The notes beneath the pieces are model-generated. The model was not told the origin of the DNA. It was given only the letters and a program-made list of their open reading frames with translations, and searched no databases. From a virus, in IMG/VR virus record IMGVR_UViG_3300045988_175750: 35,409 nucleotides of DNA, one strand, 5' to 3'. This document shows positions 18,225 through 25,853 of this stretch, piece by piece. Made by a program: the position numbers and the translations under genes. Every line of letters begins with the position of its first letter. Within the stretch, counting starts at the first letter, position 1.

Positions 18225-18551
18225 TCACCAATCAATGGAAGTCTTTAATTTCATTGGTTTAGCGACTCGAAGCGTCTTGATTCGCTGCTGTGCTCGTTTT
18301 CCGCCAAGCTTTCCGCCGAGCTGCTGGTTGCATCGGCGACAAATCACTCTCAAGTTATCCATCTTGTCTTGTCCGCCGAGTGCGTGCTCTTGAATATGAT
18401 CTGCTTCCGGTGAGTTAGGTTGTTTGCTTCGTTCGAAGTCTAAGGCGATGCCGCAGCGGGGACAAGTGTACTGCTGGTTGGCTAAAGCTTTTGCGATAGC
18501 TTCTTTCCGCAGCTTCTTCCACTTCCCGGTTCCAGTTCGTGAGGTTGCCAT
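18225..18551 (-). CDS. HNH endonuclease (terminase-associated type)
   Basis: 108 aa from ATG 18551, preceded by GGAAGGAGGGG. Motif: CPRCG...EADHIQEHALGG...NLRVICRRCN. It is positioned next to the terminase genes. Confidence 0.9.
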   Translation of the reverse strand: MATSRTGTGKWKKLRKEAIAKALANQQYTCPRCGIALDFERSKQPNSPEADHIQEHALGGQDKMDNLRVICRRCNQQLGGKLGGKRAQQRIKTLRVAKPMKLKTSIDW

Positions 18552-18581
18552 CGCTTCCCCTCCTTCCTCTTCCCGTTGCAC

Positions 18582-18620
18582 AAACAGGGGCGGCTCGTTC
18601 TCTCTGGGCCGCCCCTGTTT
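18582..18620 (-). terminator. 13-bp perfect stem-loop upstream of the HNH gene
   Basis: The sequence aaacaggggcggc-N13-gccgcccctgttt is followed by a weak U-tract on the minus strand. Confidence 0.45.
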
Positions 18621-18798
18621 GAGCCTACCTCCCCAGGGTGGCGTATGCCCCCCAGGGATTCTAGGGTACCCCCTGACTGTAGGGGTCCCCTACCTTTGCT
18701 GTGTACCCCGTCTAGGTGCAAACCAGAAAACCTAGACGGGGAGCCCCGGAGTAATCTCAACAGGGTACAGCTGTGGTAAGCCCCCTCAGGATACATCG

Positions 18799-19455
18799 CT
18801 ATTCTGAGGGCCGCAACTCCCCCCGGGCCTTTTCTATCAGCTCCCAGATAGAAGCCCGCGGAACAATGAGCCCACATCCGCTACATTCCACCCTATCCAC
18901 CCTTTCCTCAACCCAGACAGCATGTAAGCAATGTATTCTCCCGAGGCTTCCTTCCTCATTGACAAGCTCACGCTTTTTCACTTTGCAGCTAGGGCATTTG
19001 ATGTCCAAGGGGGTGCGGCGGGCAGGGCGGAGATAATCATCAATCTTATCTACCCAACGCCTCGCCCAGCTGCTTATCTCATCCACTGTTCCAGCATCAA
19101 CGCGAGTGCTCAACCCACGAAGCACATTGATGCATGAATGGATCAGAGAATCGTTCGCCCACCACTCAGGAACTAGCTCTCGAAACTCCCGCTCACAGGC
19201 AGCCATGAGGTCGAAAGCGTTAGCGTCAATCAATGAACTACCAGAGAGGGAAGACCCTCCAAGGTTTTTCTCACCTGAGGGATAAATCGCAGCGCTCAGC
19301 TGAACCAGCAGAGGCGGCTCAACGATAGGGCGTCCTTGATAATCGTCAAGGTCTCGGCGCACATTCTCTACTGCAAGCCGCTGCAAAGCATGCCGTGCAA
19401 TTTGCATATACTCAGCACGGCAGATTTCAGCAACCCTTGAATTATCAAACAGCAT
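18799..19455 (-). CDS. Hypothetical protein with C-terminal zinc ribbon
   Basis: 218 aa from ATG 19455 (RBS GGAAGGA, just after the VRR-NUC stop). It has CPSC...CSGC pairs near the C-terminus and a lower GC than its neighbours. Confidence 0.6.
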   Translation of the reverse strand: MLFDNSRVAEICRAEYMQIARHALQRLAVENVRRDLDDYQGRPIVEPPLLVQLSAAIYPSGEKNLGGSSLSGSSLIDANAFDLMAACEREFRELVPEWWANDSLIHSCINVLRGLSTRVDAGTVDEISSWARRWVDKIDDYLRPARRTPLDIKCPSCKVKKRELVNEEGSLGRIHCLHAVWVEERVDRVECSGCGLIVPRASIWELIEKARGELRPSE

Positions 19456-19468
19456 TTCTTTCCTTCCT

Positions 19469-19801
19469 CTAGCTCTGGCGTAGTTCAGTCTGAATCTTCT
19501 CGGAGACCCAATCCGCGGGCCGCCAAACATCAGCATCAGCGCTGCACAGATTCAGATTTTTCAGCCATTCCTCTTGAGCCGATGATATGCGGCCCTTCTG
19601 CGTCTTTAGCTCACGGAAGATCATCCGCCCCGACCTTGGATGCAGCAGCACCAGATCAGGAAACCCCGAAACTGAGCGGCGGCTGTCGAAAGTGTGGTAA
19701 TGAATCCATCCCAACCGCCGCGCAAGCTCAATGATTCTCGATTGGAACTCTGATTCGCTCCATCCCAAAACTTGCTTTTCTAAAAATCTTTTAGCGTCCA
19801 T
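19469..19801 (-). CDS. VRR-NUC domain nuclease
   Basis: This 110-aa ORF carries the PD-(D/E)xK pattern GFPDLVLL...MIFRELKTQKGRISSAQEEW. Confidence 0.85.
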   Translation of the reverse strand: MDAKRFLEKQVLGWSESEFQSRIIELARRLGWIHYHTFDSRRSVSGFPDLVLLHPRSGRMIFRELKTQKGRISSAQEEWLKNLNLCSADADVWRPADWVSEKIQTELRQS

Positions 19802-19868
19802 GCTTTCCTCATCCCTTTCTAAAAACTTTCCTCAATAACTGTTTAAGCACTTAAGAAAGAACATCTAT
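19802..19868. other. AT-rich tract adjacent to the repeat arrays (possible DNA unwinding element)
   Basis: The tract gctttcctcatccctttctaaaaactttcctcaataactgtttaagcacttaagaaagaacatctata is clearly lower in GC than its surroundings. Confidence 0.45.
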
Positions 19869-20217
19869 AACCAGGTTTTAACCGCGGAGCCGTCCCGACC
19901 CATCCCGTCCCGGCATATCCAGGTCCGTCAGCCACAAAACCCAGATAGGACTAAAGACAAACCAGGTTTTAACCGCGGAGCCGTCCCGACCCATCCCGTC
20001 CCGGCATATCCAGGTCCGTCAGCCACAAAACCCAGATAGGACTAAAGACAAACCAGGTTTTAACCGCGGAGCCGTCCCGACCCATCCCGTCCCGGCATAT
20101 CCAGGTCCGTCAGCCACAAAACCCAGATAGGACTAAAGACAAACCAGGTTTTAACCGCGGAGCCGTCCCGACCCATCCCGTCCCGGCATATCCAGGTCCG
20201 TCAGCCACAAAACCCAG
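19869..20217. repeat. 91-bp perfect tandem repeat, 3 full copies plus a truncated fourth
   Basis: The unit ccaggttttaaccgcggagccgtcccgacccatcccgtcccggcatatccaggtccgtcagccacaaaacccagataggactaaagacaaa starts at 19871, 19962, 20053 and 20144. The array is intergenic. Confidence 0.95.
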
Positions 20218-20327
20218 AACGGACCCAGAACGGACCCAGAACGGACCCAGAACGGACCCAGAACGGACCCAGAACGGACCCAGAACGGACCCAGAACGGA
20301 CCCAGAACGGACCCAGAACGGACCCAG
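20213..20327. repeat. 11-bp perfect tandem repeat cccagaacgga, 10 copies plus a partial one (iteron-like, one helical turn)
   Basis: Units start at 20213, 20224 and so on up to 20312, continuous with the truncated fourth 91-bp unit. Confidence 0.95.
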
Positions 20328-20368
20328 CAACAACTAGCCGCCTGTGCGGCGATCATCAGCTTATATTT

Positions 20369-21574
20369 TCATTTTCTGCGTTTTCCTCCCCGGCGCCTGC
20401 GACGGCTCGGCAGGGCGTTAGTGCAGGGCGGTGGCGCGCTCACCGCCAAAGCACTTTTCGGCGATTCTTCTTCCCCCTCTCCTATATCAGAGGCAAAAAG
20501 GGCTAAACCTTTTTCCTTCTCTTCGTCGCTTAATTTCCAAAAGCCCACCTCTGGGGCAAGGGCCTCAGAGTCAGCGCCGCCAGGTGCGTTAAGTGAGGCC
20601 GGGGCCTCAAGTCGCATCGAATCCGCAGCCGAAGCCGCGGCATCTGAAACGGAGCCCACCTCTGGGGCAAGGGCCTCAGAGTCAGCGCCGCCAGGTGCGT
20701 TAAGTGAGGCCGGGGCCTCAAGTCGCATCGAATCCGCAGCCGAAGCCGCGGCATCTGAAACGGAGCCCACCTCTGGGGCAAGGGCCTCAGAGTCAGCGCC
20801 GCCAGGTGCGTTAAGTGAGGCCGGGGCCTCAAGTCGCATCGAATCCGCAGCCGAAGCCGCGGCATCTGAAACGGAGCCCACCTCTGGGGCAAGCTTTTTA
20901 GGCATTGGCTTTTCGCTCTCGGGCGAGGGCCGCACCGGGTAGCCCTGCGCGGCTAGATACATCGCTGTGCTATGCGAGAAAAAAGGCTTTTTAGGGGCAG
21001 GCAGCAAGCCGCCCAGGTCTTTATTGTCTTTGCGGGCCGAGTTACACGAGCGGCAGCAGACAACCATATCGTCAGTCGTTTCCGCTGGCTCGCCAGGCTT
21101 GAGGTGATCGTAGGTTCCGCCGCGGCCGCCTTTGTGGTCGTTCCAATTAACAACCTTGCCGCACCAGCGGCATGCGTCTCCATCCCTCAAACGCACGGGG
21201 ATTGTAATGTCTTTATTACGGGTGTCGTTCCGGCGCTGATTTTCCCATTCCATTTCACTACGGAGGCGCATGTGGAATAGCTCTGGGTCTTCCACGATTC
21301 GGTATGTCTTTTTGCCGTTCTCTTCTAGCTCTTCGGTGAAGTACCCGCAGTGAAAGGCCGCCGGGATGAGCCGATCTGCCCGCCCGTCGCTAAGCATGAT
21401 CGCGGCTGATTCCTCAATGAGGTAATCAGAACGGAAGGAAGCAGCAAAGCTCGCGCACCGTCCCGCGAACCCGAAGAGCTCGTTAAGCAGCCCCGGGTAT
21501 GTCTGCGAGTAAGTGTAGGCCCTGTACACGATTGGATTCATGTGTGCATTGTCCGAGACTTTGAGCCAAGGCAT
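20369..21574 (-). CDS. HNH-motif zinc-finger protein with triplicated 37-aa linker and basic tail; possible replication initiator/organiser
   Basis: This 401-aa ORF begins MPWLKVSDNAHMNP. HNH-like motif: CRWCG...TYDHLKPG...VVCCRSCNSARKD. The segment APEVGSVSDAAASAADSMRLEAPASLNAPGGADSEAL occurs three times, and the protein ends RRRRRGGKRRK. Confidence 0.7.
   Translation of the reverse strand: MPWLKVSDNAHMNPIVYRAYTYSQTYPGLLNELFGFAGRCASFAASFRSDYLIEESAAIMLSDGRADRLIPAAFHCGYFTEELEENGKKTYRIVEDPELFHMRLRSEMEWENQRRNDTRNKDITIPVRLRDGDACRWCGKVVNWNDHKGGRGGTYDHLKPGEPAETTDDMVVCCRSCNSARKDNKDLGGLLPAPKKPFFSHSTAMYLAAQGYPVRPSPESEKPMPKKLAPEVGSVSDAAASAADSMRLEAPASLNAPGGADSEALAPEVGSVSDAAASAADSMRLEAPASLNAPGGADSEALAPEVGSVSDAAASAADSMRLEAPASLNAPGGADSEALAPEVGFWKLSDEEKEKGLALFASDIGEGEEESPKSALAVSAPPPCTNALPSRRRRRGGKRRK
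20542..20893 (-). repeat. 111-bp perfect in-frame tandem repeat, about 3.2 copies, inside CDS 20369..21574
   Basis: The marker ctggggcaag recurs at 20551, 20662, 20773 and 20884 (period 111 bp, equal to 37 codons). Confidence 0.95.
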
Positions 21575-21595
21575 TTGCTGCCCCTTCCTTTCTTT

Positions 21596-21922
21596 CTAGT
21601 CTTCTTCTGGTTCTAGGTGAACGAAGCTTGAGAATTCTTCCGTGAATTCCCACAGGTCCATCCCCAGATATTCGGCGTGGTAGCTGATGAAGCCAGCAGC
21701 TTTGAAAACATTTATTGCTAGTTCAGCTTCTTTTTCATCACCGGCTTTTAAAAGCATTTCTTTGTTTATCCCGTGCCCTAAACAAAGCTTTTTAGAGAAT
21801 TTGAGGGCTCGGAGGAAAACGCCGATTGCAATGTTCAAATCTTGGCCGCTGAATTCTGGTGCTATTTTCCCCGCAGCTTCTTCAAACGGAGACGGGAATT
21901 GAGGGGAAATTGTAATTTTCAT
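21596..21922 (-). CDS. Hypothetical acidic protein (low-GC island)
   Basis: This 108-aa ORF is visibly more AT-rich than its neighbours and has an acidic C-terminus (FTEEFSSFVHLEPEED). Confidence 0.6.
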   Translation of the reverse strand: MKITISPQFPSPFEEAAGKIAPEFSGQDLNIAIGVFLRALKFSKKLCLGHGINKEMLLKAGDEKEAELAINVFKAAGFISYHAEYLGMDLWEFTEEFSSFVHLEPEED

Positions 21923-21924
21923 TT

Positions 21925-22827
21925 TTACCCCTGGGCAAGCTCGAAATCATCTTGGGTAATATTTTGCGCCGCAGACTGCAAAGCATTCAGCCCTTCCACG
22001 ATTTCCGCGACTTCCTCATCAGATGCCTCTTCGCCAGGCTCGCTAAGGAAGGATTTTAAAACCCGCGCCTTATCTGCCTCAGTGGGCTCAAACTCGATAG
22101 GATCAGTCCCAGCGATCAGCTCAGCTTGCTCATTCAACACCGCGAGCGCGGGGGTGAATGAATCAATCTGTTTGTTGAGTGGGCGGCCGGGGTTGATGTA
22201 GGCGCCTACTACGGCGGTGGCTTTGTCTCCGCACATGATGCGGGCCTGGTTTTGGGTAGTGATTGTGGCGCTCACTCCGTATGTTTCGGTGAGTTTTGTG
22301 AGTGCCCCATATTGTCCGGGGAAGAGTACTCCGGTGAGGGTTTCGGGGGTTATTTTTTTGCCGTTGTTGCTGAGTAATTTCAACGTTTGGCGGTATGGCA
22401 GGTGTGCATGTTTTTCCCCTGCGAAGGTTAGCTCTACGGGGCTGTGCACTACTTCTGCCTCTGCCAGGGTGATAGTGCACTGGTTCCCGAATAGCGGGTT
22501 TTCTTCGGTGTCCACTGTGAAATGAAGGGGTTTCGGATCGTCTTTTGTGGCGCGGAATAGGCTCACGATTTGGCGGATTTTTTCGCGGCCGATGGCGAAT
22601 TCTTCGATGTGTCCGTCCCAGTCTGCGATGTCGCAGATGATGGCTGCGGTAATTTTTTTGACGCTTGAGGTTGCGACTAGCAGGAGTTTCCCGGTGGTGG
22701 TGGGGCGGCCGTAGATTATTTCGCAGGATTCTGCTTCTTCTGGTTCGCCTTTGGGGATGGCGTGAGTGATGGGGGCTAGTGCGCGGAGTGCTGGGGAGAG
22801 CTCGGCGGCGTCGATGACGAATTCCAT
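21925..22827 (-). CDS. Hypothetical early protein, possibly sliding-clamp (DnaN)-like
   Basis: This 300-aa ORF has an N-terminus (MEFVIDAAELSPALRALAPI) resembling the opening of a beta-clamp, plus an acidic C-terminal tail. The resemblance is weak and from memory only. Confidence 0.3.
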   Translation of the reverse strand: MEFVIDAAELSPALRALAPITHAIPKGEPEEAESCEIIYGRPTTTGKLLLVATSSVKKITAAIICDIADWDGHIEEFAIGREKIRQIVSLFRATKDDPKPLHFTVDTEENPLFGNQCTITLAEAEVVHSPVELTFAGEKHAHLPYRQTLKLLSNNGKKITPETLTGVLFPGQYGALTKLTETYGVSATITTQNQARIMCGDKATAVVGAYINPGRPLNKQIDSFTPALAVLNEQAELIAGTDPIEFEPTEADKARVLKSFLSEPGEEASDEEVAEIVEGLNALQSAAQNITQDDFELAQG

Positions 22828-22892
22828 GTCTGGTTTTCCTTTTTCTGGGTTGTCTTGTTTTTATTTTAGTCTCTATTTGGAGACAGTGCAAC

Positions 22893-23192
22893 TTAGATGC
22901 CGAGGCCGTATTTGATTTTGAGGTTGAACTGTGTGAGCGTGAGGCGGCGGCATACTTCGGTGATCTCTAGCTTGCGGGCTAGGTCTTCGCCGCGCATGTC
23001 TAGAGCGTAGATGATTCCCCTTAGGTCTTTTTCGGCTTCTTCAAGCTTTTTTAGGATGATCGTGTGTGCGAGGCGCTGGTCGGGCCATAGGCTCCTTTCA
23101 CTGACTCGAACGATTTCTGTTCCGGTCTTTTTCCTGATGTTTTTGATGGTGCTGTGGGCGGTGGGGAATACGTGGGTGAGGGTGAGTTGCAT
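22893..23192 (-). CDS. Hypothetical early protein
   Basis: 99 aa from ATG 23192 (AAAGGAAACAACA upstream, just after the previous stop at 23204). Confidence 0.55.
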   Translation of the reverse strand: MQLTLTHVFPTAHSTIKNIRKKTGTEIVRVSERSLWPDQRLAHTIILKKLEEAEKDLRGIIYALDMRGEDLARKLEITEVCRRLTLTQFNLKIKYGLGI

Positions 23193-23203
23193 TGTTGTTT
23201 CCT

Positions 23204-23785
23204 TTACTTTGCGGGGTTGTATGCGCGTACTGCGTTGCGGGTTGAGTGCTGGCTTGCTGCTTGGAATGCCTGTTCTCGGGATTCGCAGAGTGTAAACTCT
23301 TTGTCCGTGGAATCGCAGTCTTTGCATTCCCAGCGCCAATATCGGCTATCTGTAACTTTTGTTACATGTGTCTTGTGTGCCCTCCATCCGGTGGGCGGGG
23401 TGGGGTAGGCGAGCACTTCTAAATACGCGGGCATATTCCCGAGAGCGTCCACCCATTCGAGCATCTGCTGCTTTTTCTCCCCGTCGATACGCATTTTCTG
23501 GATGCGGGAGCGGAGGGCGGGGATTTTGATTGTGGTGTGCGTGAGCTGCTTTTCGCCTTCTTTGAGTTCATCGCGGGGTATTTTCACTTTCTGCTTTTCG
23601 TCTTGGGGTACCCCGGTGAGGGTGTGCCCGTGCCCGTGCTTTCCAAGGGCTAGGTCAATGTCGGTCGAGAGGATGTAGATAGTCCCGTCGATGTAGGCGA
23701 CTCGTACCCTGGAATCCCAGCCCAGGCCGTCCCAGTGCGGGGCGTTCAGGATTGCTTTTGCTTCGATTGCGTTGTTGGTGCTCAT
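23204..23785 (-). CDS. Hypothetical early protein, possible Bro-N-like DNA-binding N-terminus
   Basis: 193 aa from ATG 23785, which forms an ATGA overlap with the upstream stop. The segment VRVAYIDGTIYILSTDIDLALGK resembles Bro-N, but only weakly. Confidence 0.5.
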   Translation of the reverse strand: MSTNNAIEAKAILNAPHWDGLGWDSRVRVAYIDGTIYILSTDIDLALGKHGHGHTLTGVPQDEKQKVKIPRDELKEGEKQLTHTTIKIPALRSRIQKMRIDGEKKQQMLEWVDALGNMPAYLEVLAYPTPPTGWRAHKTHVTKVTDSRYWRWECKDCDSTDKEFTLCESREQAFQAASQHSTRNAVRAYNPAK

Positions 23786-24000
23786 TTTTTCTTCCTCGGT
23801 TTTGGTTCTAGGTTTGCTTGGCACTGGTGGTTTTCCCCAAGGTGCCGCAGTAGGCTTATTTCTTCTTCGCTCGGGTTGTTGCCGTAGCGCCCGTTGAGGC
23901 ACCTGGCGCATTCCCACCCGGCGCGTACCCCTACTACTTCGCGTTTTTGGTTGAATATAGGCTCAGCCCACCAGCCTATATTTGTCGGTTTCTTACTCAT
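23782..24000 (-). CDS. Small Cys/His-containing protein
   Basis: This 72-aa ORF is coupled by overlap at both ends and contains WECARC...HQC. Confidence 0.5.
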   Translation of the reverse strand: MSKKPTNIGWWAEPIFNQKREVVGVRAGWECARCLNGRYGNNPSEEEISLLRHLGENHQCQANLEPKPRKKK

Positions 24001-24545
24001 GTCAGTTTCCTCTTCGGGGCCGCAATAATGCGCTTCCGCTTCCTGTGGGCCTCAAAGTAAGCCCGAAATCCTGGATCGCGGCGGGCTTGGTTCCACTGGG
24101 CTGCTAGTGCCCGGTTCCGGCGCTTCTGCATGCGGCGGTAGCATGGGTGGCACCGTCGTTGCCCGCTGGCTGGTTCTTCCCTGTAGACCCAGCGGTTCCG
24201 TCCGCAGTTCTGACATTGCGCCACACCCCACCAGTTTTTATATGAGGGGGCGGGCAGGGTATCTACTTTCCAGCCTTTTGCTCGCGCCCATTCGATAACC
24301 TGCTCTTCGGTGTGTAGCCAGGTTTGCCCGCCTACTTTCTGGCTTGATGGGGCGGGGCCTTGCGCGAAGCCTTTAAGCGCCCCTTTCGCCTGGTTGCGCC
24401 AGATAGTTTGACGGCTGGTGTTGAAGATTTCCATTATGTCGCTAGTCGCCCACAAATGTGTTCCTTCTTCAAGGTCCATGCTGTCCACTTTGGGCAAATC
24501 TTCTAAGTGCTGATTCCCCGTCTGGGCTAATGAGTATCTAGGCAT
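23997..24545 (-). CDS. HTH DNA-binding protein with zinc ribbon and basic tail
   Basis: This 182-aa ORF has the Xis/AlpA-like HTH IMEIFNTSRQTIWRNQAKG, followed by CQNCG...CHPC and a basic C-terminus. Confidence 0.6.
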   Translation of the reverse strand: MPRYSLAQTGNQHLEDLPKVDSMDLEEGTHLWATSDIMEIFNTSRQTIWRNQAKGALKGFAQGPAPSSQKVGGQTWLHTEEQVIEWARAKGWKVDTLPAPSYKNWWGVAQCQNCGRNRWVYREEPASGQRRCHPCYRRMQKRRNRALAAQWNQARRDPGFRAYFEAHRKRKRIIAAPKRKLT

Positions 24546-24739
24546 CTCTTGTTCCTCTGGTGCTCATGCATAAATCCATTTGCTGCCTTGATGAGCAGCC
24601 CCATGCTGCGGGCCGCCCGGGTAATATCCTTTTGGGTTCCGCAGAGCTGACATGTCGCATAAATGCATGGTTTTGCTTTCGGGGTTTTCCCCTGGGCGAT
24701 AGTCACCTCTGGGTTGAGTCTTTGATCGTCTGCTGACAA
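24527..24739 (-). CDS. Hypothetical small protein
   Basis: This 70-aa ORF lies in the early operon and overlaps the next gene by 19 nt. Confidence 0.45.
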   Translation of the reverse strand: MSADDQRLNPEVTIAQGKTPKAKPCIYATCQLCGTQKDITRAARSMGLLIKAANGFMHEHQRNKRCLDTH

Positions 24740-24748
24740 TGTTGTTTC

Positions 24749-25072
24749 CTATTCTGGTTTGCTTAGGCGCTGATCCTTTCGGAATGCGTCTTGAGCCTCG
24801 AATAATCTTGTGAAAAGGTCAATAGACCTTTTCCGAGCCGCCTGGTTGATGCTTTCATCTGCCCACGGAAACGCCGAGTGCTCTACCGCGTGGGCGTCTG
24901 CAAGGTATTCCGCATCAACCCGCGCATCTGCCCGCATATGCGGAGGGTAGCTATCCCATACGTATACCGATTCATGGGTTTTGCATTCTTGGCAGTAGAT
25001 GTGCCAGGCGGTGCCCCGGTCTCCCCCGGCTGTACGTATTTCTCGCTGCCACTCTACGATGTGCTTTATCAT
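24749..25072 (-). CDS. Hypothetical early protein
   Basis: This 107-aa ORF overlaps the upstream gene by 4 nt. Confidence 0.55.
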   Translation of the reverse strand: MIKHIVEWQREIRTAGGDRGTAWHIYCQECKTHESVYVWDSYPPHMRADARVDAEYLADAHAVEHSAFPWADESINQAARKRSIDLFTRLFEAQDAFRKDQRLSKPE

Positions 25073-25257
25073 CGTGAAGCCCAGTCCATGAGGATTAATA
25101 ACCCCACAAACCCTAGAATAATCAGGAAAACTACCCCTAAAAAGGCTAAGATGGTGAGCCCAGTTACGAGATCATCAATATGTTCCTCAATGATCCGAAG
25201 CAGCAGAGGGCGGGGGCCTGGCTTCTGGATATGCGGGGGCAAATCTGGGTGAGCCAT
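25069..25257 (-). CDS. Small membrane protein (1 TM)
   Basis: 62 aa from ATG 25257 (GAAGGATAAGGCG upstream). The hydrophobic segment is LTILAFLGVVFLIILGFVGLLIL. Confidence 0.55.
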   Translation of the reverse strand: MAHPDLPPHIQKPGPRPLLLRIIEEHIDDLVTGLTILAFLGVVFLIILGFVGLLILMDWASR

Positions 25258-25261
25258 CGCC

Positions 25262-25543
25262 TTATCCTTCTTCGCTGCGGGCGGTTGTGAAAGTCGCTTT
25301 GAGCCGTGTCTTACCACGCCCCAGATGCTCATAAATCTCACCAGACTTCGGGTAAACGTCAATTACTGATTTCGGCTCAAGAAGCATGGAGATACAGGAT
25401 GCGAGCGCGTCTTCACGTTTTGCGCCGATGGCGGGGTTCCAGAAGAATTCTCCGTTTAGCGTGGGTCCGTCTGGTTCGTGTGTGGTGGGCACTAGGGGCT
25501 GGATGGTGATTTGTTCGGTGATTGTTGAGCTGGTGTTTTTCAT
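25262..25543 (-). CDS. Hypothetical early protein
   Basis: This 93-aa ORF lies in the early operon. Confidence 0.55.
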   Translation of the reverse strand: MKNTSSTITEQITIQPLVPTTHEPDGPTLNGEFFWNPAIGAKREDALASCISMLLEPKSVIDVYPKSGEIYEHLGRGKTRLKATFTTARSEEG

Positions 25544-25568
25544 TTTTTTGGTTCCTTTGTATGTGTCT

Positions 25569-25853
25569 TTAGTGGCGGGCGCTGGATCGTGCCGTGTACC
25601 TGAATGGGGTTGCGGCGTTGATGAGTGTTTTGGCGGCGGCCTCGGGGTCTGCTGCTGGCGTGTGTTCCAGGCTGTCGGCGATGGTTTGGAGGTGGGATTC
25701 TGCGAATCCGATTCGGCCGCCGCCGTATTTTCGACCTCCGATGTGTGGATATTTTCCTGAGACTGCGCGGTCGTGCAGGGTTCGGGGGCTGACTACTCCG
25801 CCGAGGATTTTTGATGCTTCTGCGGCGGTGTATATTTTTTCTCCGATTCGCAT
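25569..25853 (-). CDS. Excisionase-family HTH protein (candidate Xis/RDF or regulator)
   Basis: 94 aa from ATG 25853, overlapping the upstream stop (TAATG). The motif IYTAAEASKILGGVVSPRTLHDRAVSGKYPHIG is typical of the Xis/MerR-like HTH. Confidence 0.65.
   Translation of the reverse strand: MRIGEKIYTAAEASKILGGVVSPRTLHDRAVSGKYPHIGGRKYGGGRIGFAESHLQTIADSLEHTPAADPEAAAKTLINAATPFRYTARSSARH

Noticed and set aside
18025-18231. A 68-aa minus-strand ORF in the HNH-terS gap.
   Set aside because: It spans the AT-rich and GC-rich non-coding motifs, has no RBS, and has a low-complexity product. The region is better explained as a packaging or regulatory site.
20151-20333. A 60-aa ORF (MLLGPFWVRSGSVLGPFWV...) across the 11-bp array, plus ORFs 20421..20942 and 20530..20892 across the 111-bp array.
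   Set aside because: They are open only because perfect repeats lacking stop codons are open in several frames. Their products are purely periodic. The 401-aa frame is the one with flanking globular domains and motifs.
19869-20336. Whether the repeat arrays might be a CRISPR array.
   Set aside because: The units are strictly head-to-tail (91 bp and 11 bp) with no unique spacers between them. There are no cas genes and no CRISPR-like repeat palindrome.
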